NCBI GenBank assembly: GCA_965112155.1
Contig: OZ218098.1
Origin: Podarcis liolepis
Taxonomy: Eukaryota
Direction: 5' to 3' (one strand)
DNA length: 64,000 nucleotides
A program made the position numbers and the translations under genes. Of the stretch, positions 1-11,700 are shown in pieces. The notes beneath the pieces were generated by a model that saw nothing but the letters and a program-made list of their open reading frames with translations, was not told where the DNA came from and searched no databases. The number at the start of each line of letters is the position of its first letter. The stretch's first letter is position 1.

Positions 1-3000
1 CAAATTCTCATGGAAATATTTCAGAACACTGTGATGCAAATTTTGATGGAAGCATATGTGATGATAAATGTATGCCAGTTAACTGCATACCTAAGGAAAA
101 AGAATCAATACATCCAGCAACCCCCCTGCCATTGGCAACAGCTGTGAAACTGGACCAAAGTACTATTATACCAAATGTGTATATTTTAAAAACACAAAAA
201 GTTGGGGGAAATTTGGAAGAAAACAGAGAAAGCCTAGAAGTGGATGTTTCACGAAATCAAGCTGAATTTCTATTGGAGAACAAATGTAGTCATTGGTTTT
301 CAAACAATGACACCGTGTTAAGTGATTTATCAGAAGAAAAGGAAAGGCTGCCTCTCATTTTTTCAAGGAATGAAATTTTTGATGATTCAATGTCCATTAA
401 CCAAACAGGTCCGCTAGAACACAGAAATCAAAACTATGGGTTAACTTCTGCGACTGCTGAAGACCTTTGTAATCAATCTGCATATAGTTCTTTGCTGCCT
501 GGAATAAGGACAGATGAAGAAAATATGAAGGGTGACTGTACTATAATAAGCAATCCTGAAATGCTATTAAGTAATAGTATCAACAACGAAGTAGTTCTCC
601 AGTACTATGAAACACAAATGGATAGTGACTTGCAATCTAAAATGTCACGTACCTTTAACAAAGTGGGGGGGAATGACTCACTTTCTGACATTGTCATGAA
701 TAATAAACGTATTGCATTTCCTCCTGATCAGCTAGAACAGAATGGACATGGGAAGGAAGACTTCATATCCAATAAAATGTCTAATTACACTGCAGCTGAG
801 CAGAATCCTAGTAAGGATGACACATTTTCAAAACCATATATTGCAGAGAGCCGTGTATCACTAGTATCAGCTACTACTGATGACCCACAAAACAAAGCTA
901 GTCCTCTCAAGACATTGTTTCCTTCTGAAAGTACAAGTGATGATACGGACAGGTTTCGAGGAGAATACAGCACAAAAGAAGAAGAAAAGTGTCTAAATTC
1001 ATTAAACACATCGCAAAAAGAAACTGCCACATCAGACTCATTAACCTCAGATAAAACAACTAGTTATCCCTCTTCAGGTTTCAGAGAAAATGTAGAAGAA
1101 GCAACACCATTGTTACCAGAGCTTTCTTCTCATGAGTGTTTTAACAGTATTGTCAGTCAGAAAGATTCATTAGTCCCATATGAACAGACAAATAAATCCC
1201 TAGGCACTGATTGCATCAAGACAGAATACAGAATAAATAGTATTGGAGAAATGGAGTGCCAACCAGAAACTAAGATTCGCATGTTCAGAACTTCTAATGA
1301 TCTTTGTATGGGGTGCTTAAATGACTCTATAGCAGTATCTGAGGATGGAGCAAAACTTTCAGGGTGTTCTGACCAAGCCCTATGGGGAAATGCTCATTTT
1401 GGTGAAGACAAAGCTGCAGGATGCAGGATGAGTTCTTATTTGTCTGAATACTCTGCTAGTCACTTGAACAGCTCAACAGTGCTTCCCACGCATTTGCTAG
1501 AATGCCCTACGGGCAACTACAAAGATGATGCTTTGTATTTTGGGGAAAGCAAATATTTGGACTCTGGCCTTTTTAATGTCCCTGCCTCAACTGTTGGTGA
1601 TTACTCTGTACACCACCAGCAAGACAGCAAAATCACTAATCCTAGTTATAGTAAAAATACTCAGCGAGTGGCGGAAATGTATCAGAAGGAAAACCAAGGT
1701 CAAGATTATTTCCCTGAATGTCTACATAAACAAGAAAATACTAAGTCTTCACAGCCTGGGGATTATGTGGATAGGACAGAAATAAAATTGCAAGTGGAAA
1801 GCTTGCTTCCTTATCAAAGTTTAGAGCAGATAGTTCTAAGTGACAAAGCATTGCCACCTGCTTTATTTTCAGTTGAAGATATCTCCACTAGTACTGTGCT
1901 TAAAAATGTGGACATTCTAGAGCCCCCAAGATCACCGGAAGGCTTCACATCTTCTCTCTATCCACCATATACTGACTCACTGCAGAATACGTTTTTGTCA
2001 ACTTCATTTCAAGTACAAGAAAGTCGAGCATTTTGTCATCAGGATTTTCCAAATGTTGCTTGCTTTTCTTCAGATACCTCTTCTAGCCTCAATACTAGTC
2101 ACAGTGATGCCAAGACACATGGTCCTCTGAATGCTGCTGCATCAAACTGTCCTGCACTTGACAGCAGTCTGATGCAGGAAAGCCAGTGTGACAATTCTGT
2201 GATAGTAGACCCACAGCCATGTGCTTCTGAAACTACTTCTTTTTCTCTTATGAAAGAACGTGGTTGTCTCCCACTTTCTGATACTAACTCTAGCTCTCAA
2301 GGAAACTCAGCTTTAGATTGCAGCGAAATACACGAATTTAAAACTGAAAAATTCCATTATGAAAGTGATGTTTGTGAAGAACCAAGGGATACAACTTCAG
2401 TGCAAAAGGGCTATTTGGAAAACATTGGCAAAACTTTACATCACACATCGCATTCAAGTCTTGATATGCAAGAAGATCAGAGTACACCACAGTTAAATAG
2501 CAGGGTTGATATAGACAACTTCCCTAATACAAATGCAAATAATCATATAATTGCACATAAGGTGATGAAGAGTAAGAGAGAATCTTTAATGTCGGAACAG
2601 CTAAATATTTCAATAGTAAATGACAGCATGGCCTCAAAGTATTTATCAGGAAGCAGCTGTTTGACTTTGCAGGAAGAACCTGCACCAGAGACAATTAAAA
2701 TTGAAAATGCAGTTTTTACTTCACAGAATTCAAACAGAAGCAAAGAAGATGGACAACGGCCATGTTTGCAGAGTCATAGCTTATCAGCACCATCTATTAC
2801 TGTTATATCTAATTTTGAGTGTGCTTCAGAAACTTCTAAAGTTGACCTTTCTGTACATTCTACCTCTAAGTCGTTACAAGAGTTAAATATGAGTGTAGAA
2901 CCACCATCTCCAACTGAGGATGACCTGCAAAGAGCTGAAAGCATACCCAAATTAAAGACAGACAATGTTGTGCCAGTTAAATATAAACCCAGATTTCAAA

Positions 3001-5722
3001 AGAAATCCATTCAAGCCCAGAGGTCTAATTACTGTGATAAAAGAAACCGTAGAGAGAGCACTCAGGAAAGTCACTCTTCAGATCCTTCCACTGCTCACTA
3101 TCCAGTGGCTGTTGCCCACACAACTGGCAATCCCATGGATACAGAAACAGAGAAATACTCAAATAATGTTTCTTTGGCACACCAACACAGTTTGAGTACA
3201 CATGAAGATCTAAGACATCAAATGGAGGCAAGAGACAATAAAGATGCAATGCACTTCAGTTCAAGCGATATCAACCCATATATCCACCCATGGCAGCAAG
3301 ATGAATGCTGCAAGATTGGTTGGAAACAATATGTTTTTGGAAGTGCAAGTGATGTCTCTAGTAACCCACCTCCATTGAGTTTGGATAATCAAGCAGTTAT
3401 GAGGTGCTCCAGTGTGGATAATGGTTTGAATTCTCAAATCTCCCCTTTCCGTTCTCATCTCAGTTCATATGCTAATGCAAGAATGTTATCCAGCACCATA
3501 AGTAGTACAGAAGATCTCCAGGGGTGGGATGTTGCAAGAGAAGGCTTTGACTCGACCCATTCAGATGAGAGTGGCAAGCCTTGTACCAACGTTTCTCATG
3601 ATGAACTTGAGGCTACACCAGAAAACTGCATTTCCAGATGTGAAAATGGTTCTCAGCAGTCTGGAAATGCTTCCATGCAAGTTGACGAAATTGTTCTTCT
3701 CTACCCTTCTGAGTCGGAGAAATCCTCCAATAAACCACAAGAACTACTCACTTGTGACCGGGAAACACAGACAGAGGCACCAACAAGGCATAGAAGGCAG
3801 AAGAGACACCGGAGAAGCAACACAGATATATCTGCAAGAAATCCTGAGCCAAGCAAGGATACATTCCAGCAGCCTTCTTCTTGGTCAAGCGTGCAGAATC
3901 TTTCCCTGCATCTTTCACAGCTGCTTCACAACACTTCTGAGCTGCTAGGAAATTTGTCGCTACAGAATGTTAAAGATAGTGAACCAAGTGACCATAAAGC
4001 GATTGGTGAAGAAAGCTCCAGAACCACTGTAACTGACAGCTGTACCCAAACAACAGAAGACATAGGCATTCAGACAGATATTTTAGGACATCTTCAGAAC
4101 AAAGACAAGGAAAGGACAATCAACACTAATGTAGAAAGTGAGACAATGAAGTCTCAGGAGGTAAATGTTATTGTGAAGTTAGTACATACAGATACTGTCG
4201 CTCTGACTAAGGAGAGAATGTCAGAAGGCATGGGACACAAATTGCAGGGCATGCTTGACCAGGGAAGCCATGATGATATCCCAGAAGATTCTTTTATGCC
4301 TCAGCCTTCCTTAAGTAGAGATTCCAGTTCTTCATCAAAGGTGCCAATAGTACCATTACATGCCCCAGCAGTACTTTTCCCTGTTGCATCTTCACTTGGT
4401 TCTAGACCTGAGTCTTCAGATGTTGTGGTTGGTAACCCTGCCTCTAGCATTTCTCTTTCTCCAGCATGCTACTCTCAGGACAGGAAGCCTGTTGGAAAAA
4501 CTGACATTCCAAGAATAAGGGATAATAGCTTGCTAGTTGACCGAGCCTCTTCCCCAATTTTGACTCTTAGTGCCACTCCAGTCAGCCAGAAACTTACATC
4601 AGGCAAGTCTGCTTGTTCTTTCAAAGGATCTGTTGGACAACGGAAACGTACTGCACGCTCAGAAACAAGTTTTAGGGAAAATGGTTCAGATCCACAATAT
4701 GACTTTGGAACTTGGGAGCCATGTGTAGACTCTTCTTCACAAACTGAGGTGGACAGTGAGTCTACCATGTCTAGAGAGAGCAAGGAAATGTACAAAATGC
4801 CTGAAGAGGGCTTTGATAACAATGCAGCTAGAGAATTTTCAGGTGCTTCAAAACAAAAGCACAGGTTTACTATTGACACGCATACTGCAGTTCACACCAA
4901 AAGGCTTTATCATTCAAGTAGCACTTTAGAACTTTCTAGCCATGGGGAATACTTAGTTGATGATCACAGAGAGGCTGTTCCAGTGGAACGTTCATTTCGT
5001 CAGATACGAGCCACGAGGAGGGCGAGAAACTTCTCTGGAGGAATCAAATATGAAAGTCCCATTAGAAAATCAGAATGCTCACCCACCAAAAAGTCATTTC
5101 AGAGATCGTTAAGTGAGACACCAGAATGTGTGCCTGATTCTTTTTCTCTGCAACACCAACAGACATGGAGAAACCAAAAGCACTGCCCTTTTCCAATGTC
5201 TGAAAGGAGCAGTGTGCAAGATGATGATGAAGATGATGATACAGGATCTGATACTGAAAGTGAGTGTAACACTGAAATTCTACTAAGTGAGAATACCTCC
5301 TTGGTAAAGACCCACAGATTTCGAAGCTACAGTCTTCGTGACCTGCCTCTGCACAATAAATTCAGCAACTGGTGTGGTGTGCAGGGAGGTTCCCGTTCTT
5401 CTTTAACTAGCCTGACTAGAAGTGCTGGTGATATCCACAGCCAGGCAGAAAGGAAGACCATTAACACAAGAGCATCTGAAGCAGAAGAGAGATCCCAGCT
5501 TAGTGAAAGGAGAGCCAGGGAGATTGAGGGGCTCCGAAGAGAGCGTGCCCAGATTATGTCTAGCATACACTTAGAAATGAACCAGCATCCTCTTACTGTG
5601 GAACTTACTGAAGCAAAGCTGAATTATGGCATTGGAGAAACAGATGCCCAGCTGAGGATTCTTCAGAGTGGAGTAGTCGAGGACTTGACATCAGTACCCA
5701 TAAAACAGCGACTCTATGAAAG
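1..5722 (+). CDS. STARD9: STARD9 giant internal exon (5'-truncated by the window)
   Basis: Frame open from position 3 (NSHGNISEH...) through the 1884-aa ORF; donor GAAAG|GTGAAT at 5722/5723, phase 2. Confidence 0.93.
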
Positions 5723-8700
5723 GTGAATTGCTTTACATTTAAAATAATAGAAAATTGGCTAGAAGTGGTGCTTTTCAGTCTTGAATATTTCTTCTTAATA
5801 AACTACATAATCTGTTGGGTGTATTTGTTTAGAACGGGGGGGGGGGAGGTTATTGGTTTGTTTTTGTTCTTATTTTTGTTTTGTATTTTATTATGTATTT
5901 TGTGTCTCTTATAATGTAATTCCATGTTGTGAACCACCCTGAGATCTATGGCTATAGGGCAGTGTACAAATTTAATAACAACAGAACCAGGTCTTCTGAA
6001 GACACAAAGCAGCTGCTGACAATAGCCTCCATGTGTCACATTCCCCCTTTCTGTAATAATACAGCCTCAGTTACCCAGTAAATTTTATATGAAGTATTAA
6101 CCTTTCTCTCCCCCCTCCCCATCCCCACTATAGGCACAGGAAGTCAATTGAAATACTGAGAAAGCAGCGGGAGGAGAAGCTTCAGTGTTTCAGAAGGAGC
6201 CGTAGCCTCAGCCCACAAAAGCACCTCAGCCTTTTGCAGACAGTGGAAACGAACCAGAGGGATTTAGATCTCCCTAGCCGCCGCCGCGAATACCTACAAC
6301 AACTGAGACGGGATGTTGTGGAAAATACAAGGTAGAGATGGCCAAGGGCCTTTACTGGTGTCAAAACACTCATATTGTATGACAGCACTGATGAGACATT
6401 TGAGGAGACTAGAAGATAGCTCATGTTCATGTTCCAGCCAGCTGAAGGCCTTATTTGATCCGTCTGAACTCTCTTCTCAGCCATTAAAACAAAATCACAT
6501 CTCAAGAAGGGTGGTCTTGGAAGTAGATAGAAGTATTTCTTTTCCTTCTTAGGTTGATGCCTCTCTTGGCTTCATTTCCTGGGTTGTTGTCAAACTGAAT
6601 TCTCCCCATAATCCTAAAGGATTTTTCAGTAGGGAAGAAGCACAATCCATACCACATCCCATGATTTCTGCTTGACAAAGATATTCTAGAATTGGAAAAG
6701 CTAAAGGAGAAAGCAATATTGTTATTATTTTGTAAAGTGCATTCTCATTCTAGTGTCATAAAGCAGTGCTTGCTCTAATATTTACCACTATTAATAAAAG
6801 ACAATGAGTGTAATGATTTTTTCATCCCCCCCCCCAAGAATTCAAGAACCAAAAAAGATCCAGCATCCTACAGAGATTGAGTTGCTGCTCCGAGATTACC
6901 AGAGGGCGCGAGAGGAGACCAAAATGGAAATTGCACGAGCCAGGGACAAGCTTCGAGAAAGAGCTGAGCAGGAAAAGAGGCGCATTCGAGAGCAGATGCA
7001 CTCTCAGCTACAGAAGGCAAGTTCTAAACCACTGAAGGTTGTGTCTATTTAGAGGCATGCGATGCAATAACCTTTCTAAAGCAAAGCCAGTACAGTATCA
7101 TCAGGGCTTGGATGAGAGACGGCATGGGGACCCCATGTATACCACCTTGGTTTCCCCAGAAGGAAAGTGGGGTATAAACACATTAAATAGGTAAAACACA
7201 GTTTATCACTCATGGAAATGGCACCCCACCCCAGTGTCTGAAGGTTTTGAGCTGCATCCACATTTTTGTCCTAAAAATGCTAAACAGTGTATAAACAAAC
7301 ATAATACCCTGCCCATCTGGCTGGGTTTCCCCAGCCACACTGGGTAGCTCCCAACGGAATATTAATGTTAATAATAAAAAAGTGATACACATCAAACATT
7401 TCTCTAGTAGTACAGGAGCAACTGACTAAAATTAACCAACAAAAATAATGATAATCACTTATTTCCATTTTTCAGAATTTAACTATTTAAGCTATTTGTC
7501 TATTATATACCCCCAAAATATGCATCCCACAAACAGGAAAAAAAATCCCAACTACAGATTCAGAAAGAGCCCCAGTAAGCCTGTGTACACACACATCCTG
7601 TAGATCCTCACACCTTTATTTGGCCAGATGCCCAATATTCCTCAGAGAAGTGAACTGAGGAGTAACTAATTTCCCCCATTTTTTGCAGAAACCACCTATG
7701 CAGAGTGCAAATTGATTGGTCCTTGTAACAGCTATCAGTTATGCTACCTCCTTCCTAGCTGGCTGTACAGTCTGTTAATTAGCAAACCCTTGTGGCGATC
7801 ATGAAGACACCCCCCCCTTGCCTGGAATAATGTTTCAAGGCTGTTGTTGTGTGTGTGTTGGTTTTAAAACCCTACATTTAAATTTTTATTTTTTAAAGAG
7901 GACTCTGGATAAAGATGCCAAGTGTCTGGAAGGGGTGGAAATCAGTGCTAGATTCAGAGTCAGGTGTGCATATCAGAGGAGAGAAAGTGGGAAGAAGAAA
8001 ATGCACTGGTTCCCATAGGTAGCTTAAATTTCTCATAAAGTTGTCAGTTGCTTATGTTTTCAGGAAATCTATTACTTGTATGTTAAGCAAAAGTGCAGAC
8101 AGGACCAGTCACTCACTTTAGCATTATTAGGTAAATTGCAAGCTGGAAAAAACGAAAAACTAAATCGAAATGAGATATTAAAAAAGAACTAGATGGAAAA
8201 TAAGCATCTTAAGTGGTTGTGTGAACAAACTCCAAAACTATTTGCTTTTCTAGAATTAATAACATTGGTCTATTAATTACAGGAAGAAACCAAACTGAAG
8301 ACCCTTGTAAGCACAAGCACTTTATGCACAGATTCCACCCTCAGTCTGTCTTCAGGACCAACATCTGGATACAACAGTAGTAACACAGCCACTTATCCTA
8401 CTAGCATCCTTGGCAAACAAGAATGCCAGGTAAAACAAAAACTTATGTGTCAAAGAAGCATAAGGGTAGTACAAATTGATGCTTGGCTTGTTGTTGTTGT
8501 TTAGTCGTTTAGTCGTGTCTGACTCTTCATGAACCCATGGACCAGAGCACGCTGTCTTCCATTGCCTCCCGCAGTTTGGTCAGACTCATGTTTGTAGCTT
8601 CGAGAACACTGTCCAACCATCTCATCCTCTGTCGTCCCCTTCTCCTTGTGCCCTCAATCTTTCTGAACATCAGGGTCTTTTCCAGGGAGTCTTCTCTTCT

Positions 8701-11700
8701 CATGATGTGGCCAAAGTATTGGAGCCTCAGCTTCAGAATCTGTCCTTCCAGTGAGCACTCAGGGCTGATTTCCTTAAGAATAGATAGGTTTGATCTTGCA
8801 GTCCATGGGACTCTCAAGAGTCTCCTCCAGCACCATAATTCAAAAGCATCAATTCTTTGGCGATCAGCCTTCTTTATGGCCCAGCTCTCACTTCCATACA
8901 TCACTACTGGGAAAACAATGTGTGTCAGTGAAGGAAGTACAGTGGGTGGAATTCAACATTGTGATGCCAAAAGTTCTGATGCCCTTGAAATCTCCCCTCC
9001 AAAGTGGCCTTTTGCAGGGAAATTGCCACACCCACTTTATCACGAGACCCTGGAGAGTTGGTCATGGGTCAATATGGTCTTTGGCTTGAAAAGTGTTAGA
9101 CGCACCTAATTTAGGGCATAAAAAAGTGAAGCAATCATGTGATGGCTTTGGAAGTTTGCTGCAGAAGCCACTAAGGGTAAAGGAGGCAAGGAAAGGGGAC
9201 TGTCTAATATTGAGCTGATAGATTTGAGTGTGGCTATTGGTTTTCACCTGTGAATGCACATTGCCTTTTTTTCTATCTAGCAGACTTCTCCCAAAGATCC
9301 AGAACACACAAGAGACGATGCAAGAGGCCGCTCATCTATCAGAAACCGTCAGCTTTATGTACTTGAACAGCTTCAAAAGGGTTCTGCAAGTGGTGAGGGT
9401 TAAATAAATCTGCTTATCATGAATTCCATGGGATGGGTCATTTGTTTTAAAAAAGGAGAGAAGTAAAAAAGCCATGGCGTTATAAACATGTATTTCATGC
9501 ACCAGCAGTTTGATAAAGAAAGTAGCAGTTAGCAGATATAGTTGTTGAGCAGTAGCTATTTCACACGTTCCAAGAAAATGCAGGTTCCCCAAATTTCACA
9601 GCAAGTTAGCAACATCTTATGGCACACTTCAATGGGAAACATATATTGCCTTCATAGAATTATAGAGTTGAACAAGACCACGAGGGTCATCTACTTAATT
9701 ATCCTTTACATATTATAGAAAAGCTGGTGGTGAGACATTGTAAAATTCATGGGGGAGAAGAATATCAATATTAAATCAATTGGATGTATGTCTGCTGATA
9801 GGAATGCACTGGAACCTTTGTTATCATACACTTCCTTGGTAAATACCTGACTCAACCAATGGGCTAAATCAGGGGTAGGCAACCTAAGGCCCGGGGGCCG
9901 GATGCAGCCCAATCGCCTTCTCAATCTAACCCATTGTGTTTTTACATGAGTAGAATGTGTGCTTTTATTTAAAATGCATCTCTGGGTTATTTGTGGGGCA
10001 TAGGAATTCGTTCATTTCTCTCCCCCCCCCAAAAAAAAATAGTCTGGCCCACCACATGGTCTGAGGGACAGTGGACTGGCCCACAGCTGAAAAAGGTTGC
10101 TGACCGCTGGGCTAACTCCTTTCAGCTCAGCAATGAGATGACGATGATGAGCATCATTGGAGACTCTCCCATCCAGTCCTCCGTTTTCAGTTCTTTATTG
10201 GCTCATAATTATTTGTGCATGTATTGCTTTCCAAATTGCATATATGTTCACACATGCTGCTTGAGAAATGTAGTGTGGGAGTAAGGGAAGGCAGCTGTGA
10301 GCAAAGATCATCCATTGAGCACAAAATCCTCCGATGCATGAAACTCCTTCACTCCAACCCACCCCAACAAGTGAAAAAAGCAAGCAAGCAACCAGTCAGG
10401 AAACAAATGCAACCAACCAATCAGGAAACAAATTCACAACTTTGACCTTATGGAGCAAGTGGAGTTTTGCTTTGGTGCAATACTTACCTGTTGTAGAGCT
10501 CTTGCTTAGTTAAGATCCAAATGGACAGTCTCCACGAGGATTGGGCTGCAAATGTGTAAGTACAACAGACTTCAACCTTGGAAATTCCCAACCCAACTGA
10601 TTTCTCTGGAGCGAAGATATTCTGTGTATATTTTTTAAACCTCTAGTTGACCACGGGTCCATAGGGGTGGCCATGTTAGACTTGTTACACCATAGACTAG
10701 CAAATTTGGTCAATAGAGGGTGGAGTTCAAGGAATCAGCTTCTGACATAAAGCCAGCAGCAATGGTCACACTGAGTGCCTAGCATGATGAGTGCAGACCA
10801 TGCGTGAATTTGTAACTCTTGATTTATATTATGAGGAAGAATTTCAGGGTTGGGGAGCTCACCTCAGAATACATCTGGGCATCACAGCTGGGAATATCTC
10901 CACTCTTGTTTTTGAACCTAGGTAGTATCACTACCTGTTTGCTAAATAGACTGTCGAACCGATCCACTAAAGATCATCATGCATGTGCAAAAGAATCATC
11001 CAAATCAAATCCAGCTCTCTGCAGCATCTGGTGGGGCATCGATTCCTTATTTGTCTCATCTGTTTCAGAGACTTTTCCTATGACCTCTTCATCTATGGGA
11101 AGGAGCAGTATCCCGTCACCACTTGCTTCCAGCCATAGGTATTCTCATAGCCTAGTTGTTTCACCTAGCGCCTTCCCATCCTCTCCTACGAAAGGATATG
11201 AAGATCTGTCCAAACACGTCTTGGCCAATGCTACTGCAGAGGTGAGTGGGTGAATGCGATGGTGGCTCTTTTTTTATCTGGCCTAGAGGAGGCTGTGGAA
11301 AAGCTTTATACATTTGCAGCTTAATGTTCCCTTTACAAGGGCCTCCTCACATCTGATATTTTTCTTATAGGGGGGCAACATCTACATAAGGAAGAATTTG
11401 TAGGGCCCTGACACTAGCGGGATAATTTCTTTGGTTGTGTGTATATCTGAAAGATGCTGAGAATGTAGGTCCTATACACACATAATGGCAACAAAAAAAG
11501 CACTGACGTGATTTTTTTCATAATTGTCTACACCTGTTTTTCTTATATGGAGGTTGGGTCATGAATGCAAGCTGTCCTTTGTGAGATGGCCCTAAGTAAT
11601 CTGAGGGAATACAAATGGTACAAAATTCACTGCTTTAAAGCTGCAAGAAAATACCAATGTACTCTGCTGAATGTAAAATATTGCTTTAATGAGAGAGGGA

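Noticed and set aside
72-5726. 1884-aa ORF as a standalone intronless gene
   Set aside because: The frame is open upstream of the ATG and the stop lies just inside an intron; it is an internal STARD9 exon.
8537-9109. 190-aa plus-strand ORF
   Set aside because: Antisense shadow of the BovB fragment.
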